A stretch of 64,000 nt of DNA, taken from positions 9,052,001-9,116,000 of the forward strand of contig CM035350.1 in NCBI GenBank assembly GCA_020137815.1, written 5' to 3'. This document shows positions 20,801 to 32,111 of this stretch, piece after piece. Source of the DNA: Hormiphora californensis. Lineage: Eukaryota > Animalia > Ctenophora. Both the position numbers and the translations under genes were made by a program. Positions within the stretch are counted from its first letter, which is position 1. Each line of letters starts with the position of its first letter. The notes under the pieces were generated by a model. It saw only the letters and a program-made list of their open reading frames with translations. It did not search any database and had not been told where the DNA came from.

Positions 20801-21914
20801 CCAATATCGAATACAGCAGCCACACCCACATCTCTGTTCATCACTCGAGTTTCGGGGCCGTATTGGATTGATAAGGAAGAGACATCGAGTCGCATCTGAA
20901 GCCACTCTTCGGTCGATGAAATAGTTTCCGTTGCACTTGATGAAAAACCGTAGCTGTTATCATTTGAGTTAGTGCTAAATGTCACATCTCCACTGGTTTT
21001 TACTTTCATCATCACCTTGTACCTGAAACAAGGCAGATAGATGATTGTTTGGTTTTTTTAATGCTCTAATCTGACATTTATTCGGTATGAAACGCAGACT
21101 ATAATCATACCTGTATGCGGAAGTTGAAGTATCGCTGTTCAATGCATCAAACAGCCTCAAATCCAATACCGTTTTTTCAAATGCCCCTTTACTAAAAGTG
21201 GTTGCCGGGCATTTTAGGAGCAGAGACCCTGTCACAGGGTTGAAATTCTGGTAGGTGTGGGATGGTGGCCATGATCCAGTATATCCGCTGTACCACTGGT
21301 CAAATGCAGTTACCGATCCAAGCAAGAGAAACAAAACCAACATTCTAGTACTATTCATTAGACTGGCAATACGTGTGTGTATTGTTGCTCTGTCGACTTC
21401 CCTTTTCCATTGCTCAACAAGTACACTTCCCTATTTCCAAGCTGCTACATGACCATTTTCCATAAACCATTCTCATCAATAAACTACTATTTCCTCACTA
21501 TAATATTGTAAGTGAGTCGCTTGACACCATGTGCATCAACAATTCAATATGACGTGTTCCAGGTGACTCAGAACAAATGTGCAATGAGCAGGGAGAGTGG
21601 ACGCCCAAAGTGTCGCCGATCTGTGTTCCAATCAAGTGCCCACTCCTCGTATCGCCCGACAATGGCTTCCTTTTCCAGTTATCTCGAGTGTACAGAGCAC
21701 GTGCTTACTTCAGGTTTGTAGAATAATACTTGCGAATTAGCTGCGTTTCATGGCCTATAATACAGTATGTCATTTCGTGACCGGATCTGTAAATTGTTTC
21801 AGGTGTAAGATTGGATACGAGCTACATGGTACAAGATCAATTAGGTGCAGTGCCAGAGGATCCTGGTCCCCTGGACCCCCAACTTGTATTAGGAGTCAGA
21901 TGACAGACGGATGA
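17848..21914 (+). CDS. Secreted protein with a TSP1-like repeat and three sushi/CCP domains, 6 exons
   Basis: Signal MKTLLLVVLVAIL, WSEW..TCS.C.QTRFRYC, and CCP motifs (FSCPK..CLFNGTWTSQPPRC; FKCYMGYELIG/DSEQMCNEQGEW; CKIGYELHGTRSIRCSARGSWSPGPPTC). The last exons, 21563-21713 and 21803-21914, follow a 2.6-kb intron. Confidence 0.8.
19279..21358 (-). CDS. Type I membrane protein (~663 aa): sushi domain, Cys-rich (ephrin-receptor/TNFR-like) repeat, TM and Tyr-motif-rich tail; nested antisense in an intron of the sushi gene
   Basis: Exon 21358-21111 (signal peptide) splices in frame to 21022-19279. Motifs CTWEGEWEPSEPGC and CHLCQPGRY..CEACPHGSFS..CTEC; TM LYTLLGLGAFHLVVGLGFLAW. Confidence 0.8.
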
Positions 21915-23176
21915 ACAAAAAACATAAGCATGTTTCAGTGATATCGAGTTTTCAAAGCGAAGAACAACTATTTTAGTATTTTAAACCAGTTTTTGCCGTA
22001 CCTTTTCAAGAATTTTTTAAAGACTCAGTCATCAGCATAGTAGACTGCCAGAAAAATATCTTTGCTACATTTTGCAGATGTGATAGTTATCAAATGGAAC
22101 AGCTAAGCTATCAGTGATAGATCTCTGTATTCCGTTATCGCTACGTTGTTAAAAACATCAGACCGCTGTTCCTATATATTTATTACACCCAACTTGAAAA
22201 CCATGTGTGTTTTGATGATCTCCACTCAGTCCTCGAGTGAAATCAATACCATCACACAACTATCATCTTTGTTTGTTGTTAGAAACAATTTTTGTTTGCG
22301 AGTGCTGTGATTCAGACTATGCGGCGTTACATGACGTCTTTTGATATACACTTTTGGTAAACATACTCTCCCCAGACATATCATTTTGAAAAAGGGAAGA
22401 AAGTTTTAGTAATGCCCTTATGTATCCTTCTTTGTCGAGGCTATGCCCGTGAGGGACTGGGATTGAGGGATGTATCACAGGGGGCTGCATTCTCCACCCT
22501 GGAGGTCTACCGGGAATGGTTGGTGCCATTCCCAGGGGCACGTGCCCTTTCATCCAATGATGATGTATCATGATCAAGGTATTTTGAGAGGGTGGTTTGG
22601 CAAATATTTGGTGGGGCCAGGGTTATAACTACATATAGATAAGTAGCTTGCCCTTTACTCTCTCTTCGGAGTGGAGCGAGAACATTTGGGTTAGCACAAT
22701 TTGCCTAACAGGATAGAACCAAGAAATACTATGTCGCCTTGGCTATTATAATAATGTCACTAACTGCTAACATCGTCTTTTTTAGTGTCATTCAATTTCA
22801 AATTGGGGTCATGAAATCATCCTTTTCTTCAAATAGAGTTCTGATACACACTGACTCGTACACACACACACAGACACACACTGACTGACCTACTGACTGG
22901 CAGACTGACTGGTCACATGATTTTTCAACAAACGGTTTAGGTCATGCTTTATGGTAACTGTAAGAAGACGCTAGTGCTAGATTGGCAACACGTGCGTCCG
23001 GTAAAATATTGTTTGGCACAGATTACTCTGCCATTTGGCACATTAGGGTAGCCACTGGCTATTTGAAACGGCGGCCAATTTGAAACAGTGTCTGGCTATT
23101 TGAAACAAATGGACTTATCTTCTGATCGCTGACCAGGAAAAGGCCAGAGTTTTCATTCCCATTTGCTCACCAGCCT

Positions 23177-24211
23177 CTAGCGGGGACCTACCCGTGTCAC
23201 TCTGGGCGTGAACAGGATACACACAATGGGATTCACAAGGGAACAGAAGCTAGGCACAAACAAGAAGTAGGCCAAGGCGCTTATTATTATGGAAGTGGGC
23301 AATTCAAAGGGTTTTTGATCCTTGACCGCCACATCTATCAGGTTCCCAATGTTTGATGTATTGATGGTGTAGACAACATAGGAACATGCTGTAAGGATAC
23401 TTCCGAAGTTGTGCACTAAGATCATGATTGTGCTTCTTCGTTTCCTGTTTTCTGAGCGAAGTAAAGCCGAATTAGCCACTTGTTTCATTGAGTTTCGGAT
23501 TAGTTCGAAGATTGTGAGAATTGAAGCGATGAGACCCATTACCTGTGCTAGTACATTGAAGATGTTGGATGCAATGAACACCTCTAGAGTTGAGTTAAAA
23601 GTTATACCCAAGGAATTAAAGGGCCCACCTTTAAAACTTGCAAAGACTCCCTGGGCAATGATGTAGTAGTAGGCCACATCCCCGTCCCCTTTAGTCCTCA
23701 ATAGGTCCACCTTGAACACCAGGCTGTAGATTGAAGTGATGATGATAAAAGCGAGGGGATATTTCGATGGTACATGAGAGAATGGGTATCGGATTTGGTA
23801 AAAGCGACACGCAGCAAGACATCCGGTAATGACACACGGCTGTGTAACAATTGTCCGTACAAAGTTACTGTAGAGACGTTGCCCGATGGATGACTGAGGC
23901 CACCGAAAGTACACATAGTGTGTTGTGCAGTTGACAAGGTATCCAAATTCGGGATCTTTCTCCGCCGCATAACATCTCCAATTCTTGGGAATGAAGGTGG
24001 CGTAGGCAAAGTAAGTGGGTAGGGTGGCACAAGTCAGGAAGTCTGTGATGAACAGGGATAGGTAGAGATTCCGAGCGAGGGAGGTTGATTTGCGAAGGTT
24101 TCTGGTTATCACCATCGCGTTCAGGGTGACACCGAGTGCCGAGAGAAGCACGAGGTAAATGACGATGTAAATGTCAGGGGTGGAGAAGCCTCCATCGGCA
24201 AACAGTGCCAT
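23177..24211 (-). CDS. Intronless rhodopsin-like (class A) GPCR, 344 aa, copy 1
   Basis: Seven hydrophobic segments, LN in TM1, SLFITDFL in TM2, CRFYQIRYPF at the DRY position, VNPIV in TM7. Confidence 0.85.
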   Translation of the reverse strand: MALFADGGFSTPDIYIVIYLVLLSALGVTLNAMVITRNLRKSTSLARNLYLSLFITDFLTCATLPTYFAYATFIPKNWRCYAAEKDPEFGYLVNCTTHYVYFRWPQSSIGQRLYSNFVRTIVTQPCVITGCLAACRFYQIRYPFSHVPSKYPLAFIIITSIYSLVFKVDLLRTKGDGDVAYYYIIAQGVFASFKGGPFNSLGITFNSTLEVFIASNIFNVLAQVMGLIASILTIFELIRNSMKQVANSALLRSENRKRRSTIMILVHNFGSILTACSYVVYTINTSNIGNLIDVAVKDQKPFELPTSIIISALAYFLFVPSFCSLVNPIVCILFTPRVTRVGPR

Positions 24212-24945
24212 TTAACTACTAATAATAGGAGAATTAATACAAACTCTTTTCAAAATTATAGCCCTATAAAAAGAGCTCAAGTTGCTCTTTTCAATGAGCC
24301 CAAGATTTTCGAAATTGCTTGAGAAATGGATGAGTTGGTTTATAATACATATTATGGAGACTTTATATAACTTTTAATGGTTGAATTATCGGAATTATGG
24401 CGAAAATCGTCTCAAATTGTGCTAAAATCTCAAAATGAGGGTTTTAATTGTTCCAGGCTCTGACTACACAACCGCTTTAGAATAAATGCATTATGTTTCA
24501 TAATGTTTCATAATGCTATGTTTCCCCGCCAACCTTTCATCCCTAACATGAAGGCGGACAGACATTTCGGATGATTTATAGATCACACAAACAGTAGGTA
24601 TAGAACAAATCCTTATGTTTTAGTTGCACTAAATTGCACGCCACATAGCGGAATCGCGCGCCACACATTTCCTGAAAACGTGTCAATGAGCAGGTTGTTG
24701 TTGTGTGCGCGGCTCTAGTTGCTACATGTTGCCCCTCGCAACCTGAAACGGGACAAGAGAGCTGACTTGCTACACATAGTCACTATATCCGTTTAGATGA
24801 GCAGGATATTCATTATTGTAGGGTGGTTCCCTTCTTTGGGAGACACAGCTACTAAGCTGTTGAACACAGGGGGAGGACTGAGTCCTGTATGGTCATGTTA
24901 TAATAACGATGTTTTGGCAAATTACGCCATAATCATCAATTCGAA

Positions 24946-25083
24946 CTTTCATCAACTACAACGTAAAACTATTTATTGAGCATTATTGATAATGGCCGTA
25001 CAGCCGAAACGTCTAATAAATGAGCGTCTTCGATGTCATATCGCACCCGCCAACAATATTGGTGTGAACAATGAAACCAAGAT
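24946..25083 (+). mobile_element. 138-bp retro-insertion: spliced-leader-like 5' end plus Penelope-type minimal hammerhead ribozyme, 11-bp TSD
   Basis: TSD ATCAATTCGAA at 24935-24945 and 25084-25094. The insert starts CTTTCATCAACTACAACGTAAAACTATTTATTGAG, then ATTA-TTGATAA-T-GGC cgtaca GCC-GAAACGTC-TAAT, then AATAAA. Confidence 0.7.
24982..25017 (+). ncRNA. Minimal type I hammerhead ribozyme candidate (U3-A8 core variant), predicted cleavage after C25013
   Basis: Core UUGAUAA and GAAA, stem II GGC/GCC, palindromic stem III ACGU, GUC triplet, stem I AUUA/UAAU. Confidence 0.55.
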
Positions 25084-25525
25084 ATCAATTCGAATTGCCA
25101 TGAATTTCGCCAGACCCCGATTTGATTCTCAGTGCACTCAGATGGGGTCCGTGGCGCCATGGATAGAGTGGAGGTAGTTTATTGTTTCAATTAAACCGTA
25201 CATTTGCCTCAGAGTACGTGTACCTGGGAAATGATTTGGCTATGGGTTTCTCTCTCTCTCTCTCTCTATCTCTATCTTTTTTTCTTTCTCTCTATCTTTT
25301 TCTCTCTCTCTCTCTCTCTCTCACTAGCTATCTCACTCTCTCTCTATTTAATTGTATTCACTACGTCCTAGTCCTTTTTGAGCTCTAGGTGTGTCTGCTT
25401 CAGCTTCAACTTGGAGCTACCTTTCTTGTTGTTGCGAAACCATCTATCATCTAAACACCATTAATTTAATTCCCTACGCGTTTATTTCGATTCCAGGTGT
25501 CATTGTAGATACTTATATTTTGATA

Positions 25526-25602
25526 CAGTCGGACCCCGATTTACCGGGCCCCGATTTACCGGAACCCCGATTTACCGGGAGGATAAACTTCCCCCGATAT
25601 GG
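25526..25602 (+). mobile_element. First half of a CAGTCGGACCC-terminus MITE, interrupted by a long-TIR element (second half at 34938-34971)
   Basis: TA|CAGTCGGACCCCGATTTACCGGG repeats; a matching terminus TA|CAGTCGGACCC is at 34936. Confidence 0.65.
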
Positions 25603-26084
25603 TAGTAGAGTCGATAACTACATCGACCTCTCCCAATTGTTCCAGTTTTTGTCACATCTGTTTGGAGCCTCGACACGACCTCTTAACAGGTGTTACTTTT
25701 TCACAAACTGTTTTCATCTTGGTGTAATCAGCAGTTGAAATGTTGTTGATCATAACAAAAACCGAACTATTTTTTTCAACTTGGGGTAAAACTATGGGTG
25801 TCAAAAGTTAGCTCTAGGTCCCCTGAGTAACCATCCGGAGACTCTAAGAGATATTTCAAGCCGTTCTCCCGTAATCATTAATCCCGGTGGAGAAAAAAAT
25901 ACAATGCGGACGTACGTGAGCGCTGGCAGGCTGTTTACATGTTATTGTATGTCTCTCACTCTCTCTGGAAAAACCGCACGTGCGGTTGCGCCGCGCGAGA
26001 TAACTCTTTCTCAAGGGGGAGAAAAGAGAGAGACAGACATTAACGTTATACATTAAAGTTGAGGTTGTAGGCAATTGCACGTAC
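25603..26084 (+). mobile_element. Left arm of a long-TIR DNA transposon (TAGTAGAG terminus, inferred 3-bp TSD TGG), Academ-like; duplicated in inverse at 26192-26674
   Basis: The same terminus and 313 bp of sequence recur at 34972-35284 with 2 SNPs; the flanks read TGG|TAG and CCA|TAG. Confidence 0.7.
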
Positions 26085-27195
26085 GTCCAATGGACATATT
26101 TGAGTATGGACGGTCCATACTCAAATATGTGCTCTACCGGGATTAATGATTACAGGAGAACGGCTTGAAATATCTCTTAGAGTCTCCGGATGTACGTGCA
26201 ATTGCCTACAACCTCAACTTTAATGTATAACGTTAATGTCTGTCTCTCTCTTTTCTCCCCCTTGAGAAAGAGTTATCTCGCGCGGCGCAACCGCACGTGC
26301 GGTTTTTCCAGAGAGAGTGAGAGACATACAATAACATGTAAACAGCCTGCCAGCGCTCACGTACGTCCGCATTGTATTTTTTTTCTCCACCGGGATTAAT
26401 GATTACGGGAGAACGGCTTGAAATATCTCTTAGAGTCTCCGGATGGTTACTCAGGGGACCTAGAGCTAACTTTTGACACCCATAGTTTTACCCCAAGTTG
26501 AAAAAAATAGTTCGGTTTTTGTTATGATCAACAACATTTCAACTGCTGATTACACCAAGATGAAAACAGTTTGTGAAAAAGTAACACCTGTTAAGAGGTC
26601 GTGTCGAGGCTCCAAACAGATGTGACAAAAACTGGAACAATTGGGAGAGGTCGATGTAGTTATCGACTCTACTACCATATCGGGGGAAGTTTATCCTCCC
26701 GGTAAATCGGGGTTCCGGTAAATCGGGGCCCGGTAAATCGGGGTCCGACTGTATCAAAATATAAGTATCTACAATGACACCTGGAATCGAAATAAACGCG
26801 TAGGGAATTAAATTAATGGTGTTTAGATGATAGATGGTTTCGCAACAACAAGAAAGGTAGCTCCAAGTTGAAGCTGAAGCAGACACACCTAGAGCTCAAA
26901 AAGGACTAGGACGTAGTGAATACAATTAAATAGAGAGAGAGTGAGATAGCTAGTGAGAGAGAGAGAGAGAGAGAGAGAAAAAGATAGAGAGAAAGAAAAA
27001 AAGATAGAGATAGAGAGAGAGAGAGAGAGAAACCCATAGCCAAATCATTTCCCAGGTACACGTACTCTGAGGCAAATGTACGGTTTAATTGAAACAATAA
27101 ACTACCTCCACTCTATCCATGGCGCCACGGACCCCATCTGAGTGCACTGAGAATCAAATCGGGGTCTGGCGAAATTCATGGCAATTCGAATTGAT

Positions 27196-27333
27196 ATCTT
27201 GGTTTCATTGTTCACACCAATATTGTTGGCGGGTGCGATATGACATCGAAGACGCTCATTTATTAGACGTTTCGGCTGTACGGCCATTATCAATAATGCT
27301 CAATAAATAGTTTTACGTTGTAGTTGATGAAAG
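27196..27333 (-). mobile_element. Mirror copy of the SL-headed hammerhead element
   Basis: Reverse complement of 24946-25083 within the right arm of the palindrome. Confidence 0.7.
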
Positions 27334-28067
27334 TTCGAATTGATGATTATGGCGTAATTTGCCAAAACATCGTTATTATAACATGACCATACAGGACTCA
27401 GTCCTCCCCCTGTGTTCAACAGCTTAGTAGCTGTGTCTCCCAAAGAAGGGAACCACCCTACAATAATGAATATCCTGCTCATCTAAACGGATATAGTGAC
27501 TATGTGTAGCAAGTCAGCTCTCTTGTCCCGTTTCAGGTTGCGAGGGGCAACATGTAGCAACTAGAGCCGCGCACACAACAACAACCTGCTCATTGACACG
27601 TTTTCAGGAAATGTGTGGCGCGCGATTCCGCTATGTGGCGTGCAATTTAGTGCAACTAAAACATAAGGATTTGTTCTATACCTACTGTTTGTGTGATCTA
27701 TAAATCATCCGAAATGTCTGTCCGCCTTCATGTTAGGGATGAAAGGTTGGCGGGGAAACATAGCATTATGAAACATTATGAAACATAATGCATTTATTCT
27801 AAAGCGGTTGTGTAGTCAGAGCCTGGAACAATTAAAACCCTCATTTTGAGATTTTAGCACAATTTGAGACGATTTTCGCCATAATTCCGATAATTCAACC
27901 ATTAAAAGTTATATAAAGTCTCCATAATATGTATTATAAACCAACTCATCCATTTCTCAAGCAATTTCGAAAATCTTGGGCTCATTGAAAAGAGCAACTT
28001 GAGCTCTTTTTATAGGGCTATAATTTTGAAAAGAGTTTGTATTAATTCTCCTATTATTAGTAGTTAA

Positions 28068-29102
28068 ATGGCACTGTTTGCCGATGGAGGCTTCTCCACC
28101 CCTGACATTTACATCGTCATTTACCTCGTGCTTCTCTCGGCACTCGGTGTCACCCTGAACGCGATGGTGATAACCAGAAACCTTCGCAAATCAACCTCCC
28201 TCGCTCGGAATCTCTACCTATCCCTGTTCATCACAGACTTCCTGACTTGTGCCACCCTACCCACTTACTTTGCCTACGCCACCTTCATTCCCAAGAATTG
28301 GAGATGTTATGCGGCGGAGAAAGATCCCGAATTTGGATACCTTGTCAACTGCACAACACACTATGTGTACTTTCGGTGGCCTCAGTCATCCATCGGGCAA
28401 CGTCTCTACAGTAACTTTGTACGGACAATTGTTACACAGCCGTGTGTCATTACCGGATGTCTTGCTGCGTGTCGCTTTTACCAAATCCGATACCCATTCT
28501 CTCATGTACCATCGAAATATCCCCTCGCTTTTATCATCATCACTTCAATCTACAGCCTGGTGTTCAAGGTGGACCTATTGAGGACTAAAGGGGACGGGGA
28601 TGTGGCCTACTACTACATCATTGCCCAGGGAGTCTTTGCAAGTTTTAAAGGTGGGCCCTTTAATTCCTTGGGTATAACTTTTAACTCAACTCTAGAGGTG
28701 TTCATTGCATCCAACATCTTCAATGTACTAGCACAGGTAATGGGTCTCATCGCTTCAATTCTCACAATCTTCGAACTAATCCGAAACTCAATGAAACAAG
28801 TGGCTAATTCGGCTTTACTTCGCTCAGAAAACAGGAAACGAAGAAGCACAATCATGATCTTAGTGCACAACTTCGGAAGTATCCTTACAGCATGTTCCTA
28901 TGTTGTCTACACCATCAATACATCAAACAATGGGAACCTGATAGATGTGGCGGTCAAGGATCAAAAACCCTTTGAATTGCCCACTTCCATAATAATAAGC
29001 GCCTTGGCCTACTTCTTGTTTGTGCCTAGCTTCTGTTCCCTTGTGAATCCCATTGTGTGTATCCTGTTCACGCCCAGAGTGACACGGGTAGGTCCCCGCT
29101 AG
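28068..29102 (+). CDS. Intronless rhodopsin-like GPCR, 344 aa, copy 2 (one I>N difference)
   Basis: Reverse complement of 23177-24211; SNIG versus SNNG. Confidence 0.85.
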   Translation: MALFADGGFSTPDIYIVIYLVLLSALGVTLNAMVITRNLRKSTSLARNLYLSLFITDFLTCATLPTYFAYATFIPKNWRCYAAEKDPEFGYLVNCTTHYVYFRWPQSSIGQRLYSNFVRTIVTQPCVITGCLAACRFYQIRYPFSHVPSKYPLAFIIITSIYSLVFKVDLLRTKGDGDVAYYYIIAQGVFASFKGGPFNSLGITFNSTLEVFIASNIFNVLAQVMGLIASILTIFELIRNSMKQVANSALLRSENRKRRSTIMILVHNFGSILTACSYVVYTINTSNNGNLIDVAVKDQKPFELPTSIIISALAYFLFVPSFCSLVNPIVCILFTPRVTRVGPR

Positions 29103-30364
29103 AGGCTGGTGAGCAAATGGGAATGAAAACTCTGGCCTTTTCCTGGTCAGCGATCAGAAGATAAGTCCATTTGTTTCAAATAGCCAGACACTGTTTCAAA
29201 TTGGCCGCCGTTTCAAATAGCCAGTGGCTACCCTAATGTGCCAAATGGCAGAGTAATCTGTGCCAAACAATATTTTACCGGACGCACGTGTTGCCAATCT
29301 AGCACTAGCGTCTTCTTACAGTTACCATAAAGCATGACCTAAACCGTTTGTTGAAAAATCATGTGACCAGTCAGTCTGCCAGTCAGTAGGTCAGTCAGTG
29401 TGTGTCTGTGTGTGTGTGTACGAGTCAGTGTGTATCAGAACTCTATTTGAAGAAAAGGATGATTTCATGACCCCAATTTGAAATTGAATGACACTAAAAA
29501 AGACGATGTTAGCAGTTAGTGACATTATTATAATAGCCAAGGCGACATAGTATTTCTTGGTTCTATCCTGTTAGGCAAATTGTGCTAACCCAAATGTTCT
29601 CGCTCCACTCCGAAGAGAGAGTAAAGGGCAAGCTACTTATCTATATGTAGTTATAACCCTGGCCCCACCAAATATTTGCCAAACCACCCTCTCAAAATAC
29701 CTTGATCATGATACATCATCATTGGATGAAAGGGCACGTGCCCCTGGGAATGGCACCAACCATTCCCGGTAGACCTCCAGGGTGGAGAATGCAGCCCCCT
29801 GTGATACATCCCTCAATCCCAGTCCCTCACGGGCATAGCCTCGACAAAGAAGGATACATAAGGGCATTACTAAAACTTTCTTCCCTTTTTCAAAATGATA
29901 TGTCTGGGGAGAGTATGTTTACCAAAAGTGTATATCAAAAGACGTCATGTAACGCCGCATAGTCTGAATCACAGCACTCGCAAACAAAAATTGTTTCTAA
30001 CAACAAACAAAGATGATAGTTGTGTGATGGTATTGATTTCACTCGAGGACTGAGTGGAGATCATCAAAACACACGTGGTTTTCAAGTTGGGTGTAATAAA
30101 TATATAGGAACAGCGGTCTGATGTTTTTAACAACGTAGCGATAACGGAATACAGAGATCTATCACTGATAGCTTAGCTGTTCCATTTGATAACTATCACA
30201 TCTGCAAAATGTAGCAAAGATATTTTTCTGGCAGTCTACTATGCTGATGACTGAGTCTTTAAAAAATTCTTGAAAAGGTACGGCAAAAACTGGTTTAAAA
30301 TACTAAAATAGTTGTTCTTCGCTTTGAAAACTCGATATCACTGAAACATGCTTATGTTTTTTGT

Positions 30365-30716
30365 TCATCCGTCTGTCATCTGACTCCTAATACAAGTTGG
30401 GGGTCCAGGGGACCAGGATCCTCTGGCACTGCACCTAATTGATCTTGTACCATGTAGCTCGTATCCAATCTTACACCTGAAACAATTTACAGATCCGGTC
30501 ACGAAATGACATACTGTATTATAGGCCATGAAACGCAGCTAATTCGCAAGTATTATTCTACAAACCTGAAGTAAGCACGTGCTCTGTACACTCGAGATAA
30601 CTGGAAAAGGAAGCCATTGTCGGGCGATACGAGGAGTGGGCACTTGATTGGAACACAGATCGGCGACACTTTGGGCGTCCACTCTCCCTGCTCATTGCAC
30701 ATTTGTTCTGAGTCAC
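30365..30716 (-). pseudogene. Orphan duplicate of the last two exons of the TSP1/sushi gene
   Basis: Mirror of 21563-21914 in the right arm. Confidence 0.75.
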
Positions 30717-30920
30717 CTGGAACACGTCATATTGAATTGTTGATGCACATGGTGTCAAGCGACTCACTTACAATATTATAGTGAGGAAATAGTAGTTTAT
30801 TGATGAGAATGGTTTATGGAAAATGGTCATGTAGCAGCTTGGAAATAGGGAAGTGTACTTGTTGAGCAATGGAAAAGGGAAGTCGACAGAGCAACAATAC
30901 ACACACGTATTGCCAGTCTA

Positions 30921-31364
30921 ATGAATAGTACTAGAATGTTGGTTTTGTTTCTCTTGCTTGGATCGGTTACTGGTTTTGACCAGTGGTACAGCGGATATAC
31001 TGGATCATGGCCACCATCCCACACCTACCAGAATTTCAACCCTGTGACAGGGTCTCTGCTCCTAAAATGCCCGGCAACCACTTTTAGTAAAGGGGCATTT
31101 GAAAAAACGGTATTGGATTTGAGGCTGTTTGATGCATTGAACAGTACCCAGTCTTCAATGCAGTACCCTATCCGATACTTCATCGGGGAGGAGAACTTCA
31201 CAGCCACACTACCGAGCTTAGAGTCGTCCTTGTCGTACAACTGCACCCTGATTACCTCACCACTACCCAGTGTAGAGTCCGTCTTTATCTGGAGAGGTAT
31301 TGCCTCCAGGTCCCAGGGTGTTATCACTTCCAGCTCTACAGCTGTCCAGTCTGAAACACAATAA
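30921..31364 (+). pseudogene. Truncated duplicate of the receptor's first exon fused to unrelated antisense sequence (147-aa chimeric ORF)
   Basis: The first ~75 aa match 21358-21135 (one A>G change); the sequence diverges at junction 31144/31145. Confidence 0.7.
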
Positions 31365-32016
31365 AATGAACCAATGGTATGTGGTAGTAGCAGTTTGGTA
31401 GATTTTATAGTTTGATAAATTAAATTTAGAGCTTTACCTGCTCTGTAGAAGTCCGATGCTGTGTCAATACCACTGTAAAACATGATCTGCTCCACAACAT
31501 AACCACCCAACTTTGCAACACAGTCGCTATCTGAACTATCTGCGAACAGGTAGTTCAGCACTTCAACACCATTACATGTGATGATGATGGCAGTTTCTGT
31601 TTTGCCAATCGTCCATATCTTCTCCACCGGGGGTTGTACTGACAGGTATGCGGTGCTGGTGCTGCAGGAGCCTATACCGTACAACATTGGGGATGTGAAC
31701 CTTACACCCATACTACTGATATAGTTGCTGTCCTTGTCGTACATCTCAACAAAGATCATATCATCACTACCAAGTGAAGAGTCCGTCTTTATCTGGAGAG
31801 GTGTTCCCTCCAGGTCCCATGGTATCTTCACATGATGCTCTACAGCTTTCCAGTCTGAAACGCAATAAATATATATGGTAGTACTTTGTGGTGTACAAAC
31901 AACTCAACAAGTATTACTGTAAAGGTCGCAATATACGGATAATGTGCCCATTGATACCAACCTGTTAGAACAACTGTCCCCCACGTAGCAGCTGTGAAGA
32001 TAAGGAGCCGAATCAT
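31145..32016 (-). pseudogene. 5' part of a secreted protein gene with tandem ~135-aa PWDLE..PLQIKTDS domains, broken by inversion
   Basis: Signal exon 32016-31962, domain exon 31854-31438, and half-domain exon 31350-31145 ending CIEDWV. Confidence 0.75.
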
Positions 32017-32111
32017 GTTAACACTCATATTATACTGGAGGTGTTTTTTAAACTCTTAGCTTCCAATAGTAAATCAATGTTTGCCGTACTAAGCAGTAAA
32101 TCGGGGTTCCG

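Larger units (their letters stand above)
21135..31144. repeat. Large near-perfect inverted duplication, arms 21135-26084 and 26192-31144, 107-bp spacer
   Basis: Mirror ORFs have a constant coordinate sum of 52279 (52276-52277 near the centre); only a few SNPs/indels separate the arms. Confidence 0.97.

Noticed and set aside
24944-24990. SL RNA gene
   Set aside because: The SL-like exon is followed by CA rather than a GT donor, and it sits inside a TSD-flanked insert; the same holds at 42213.
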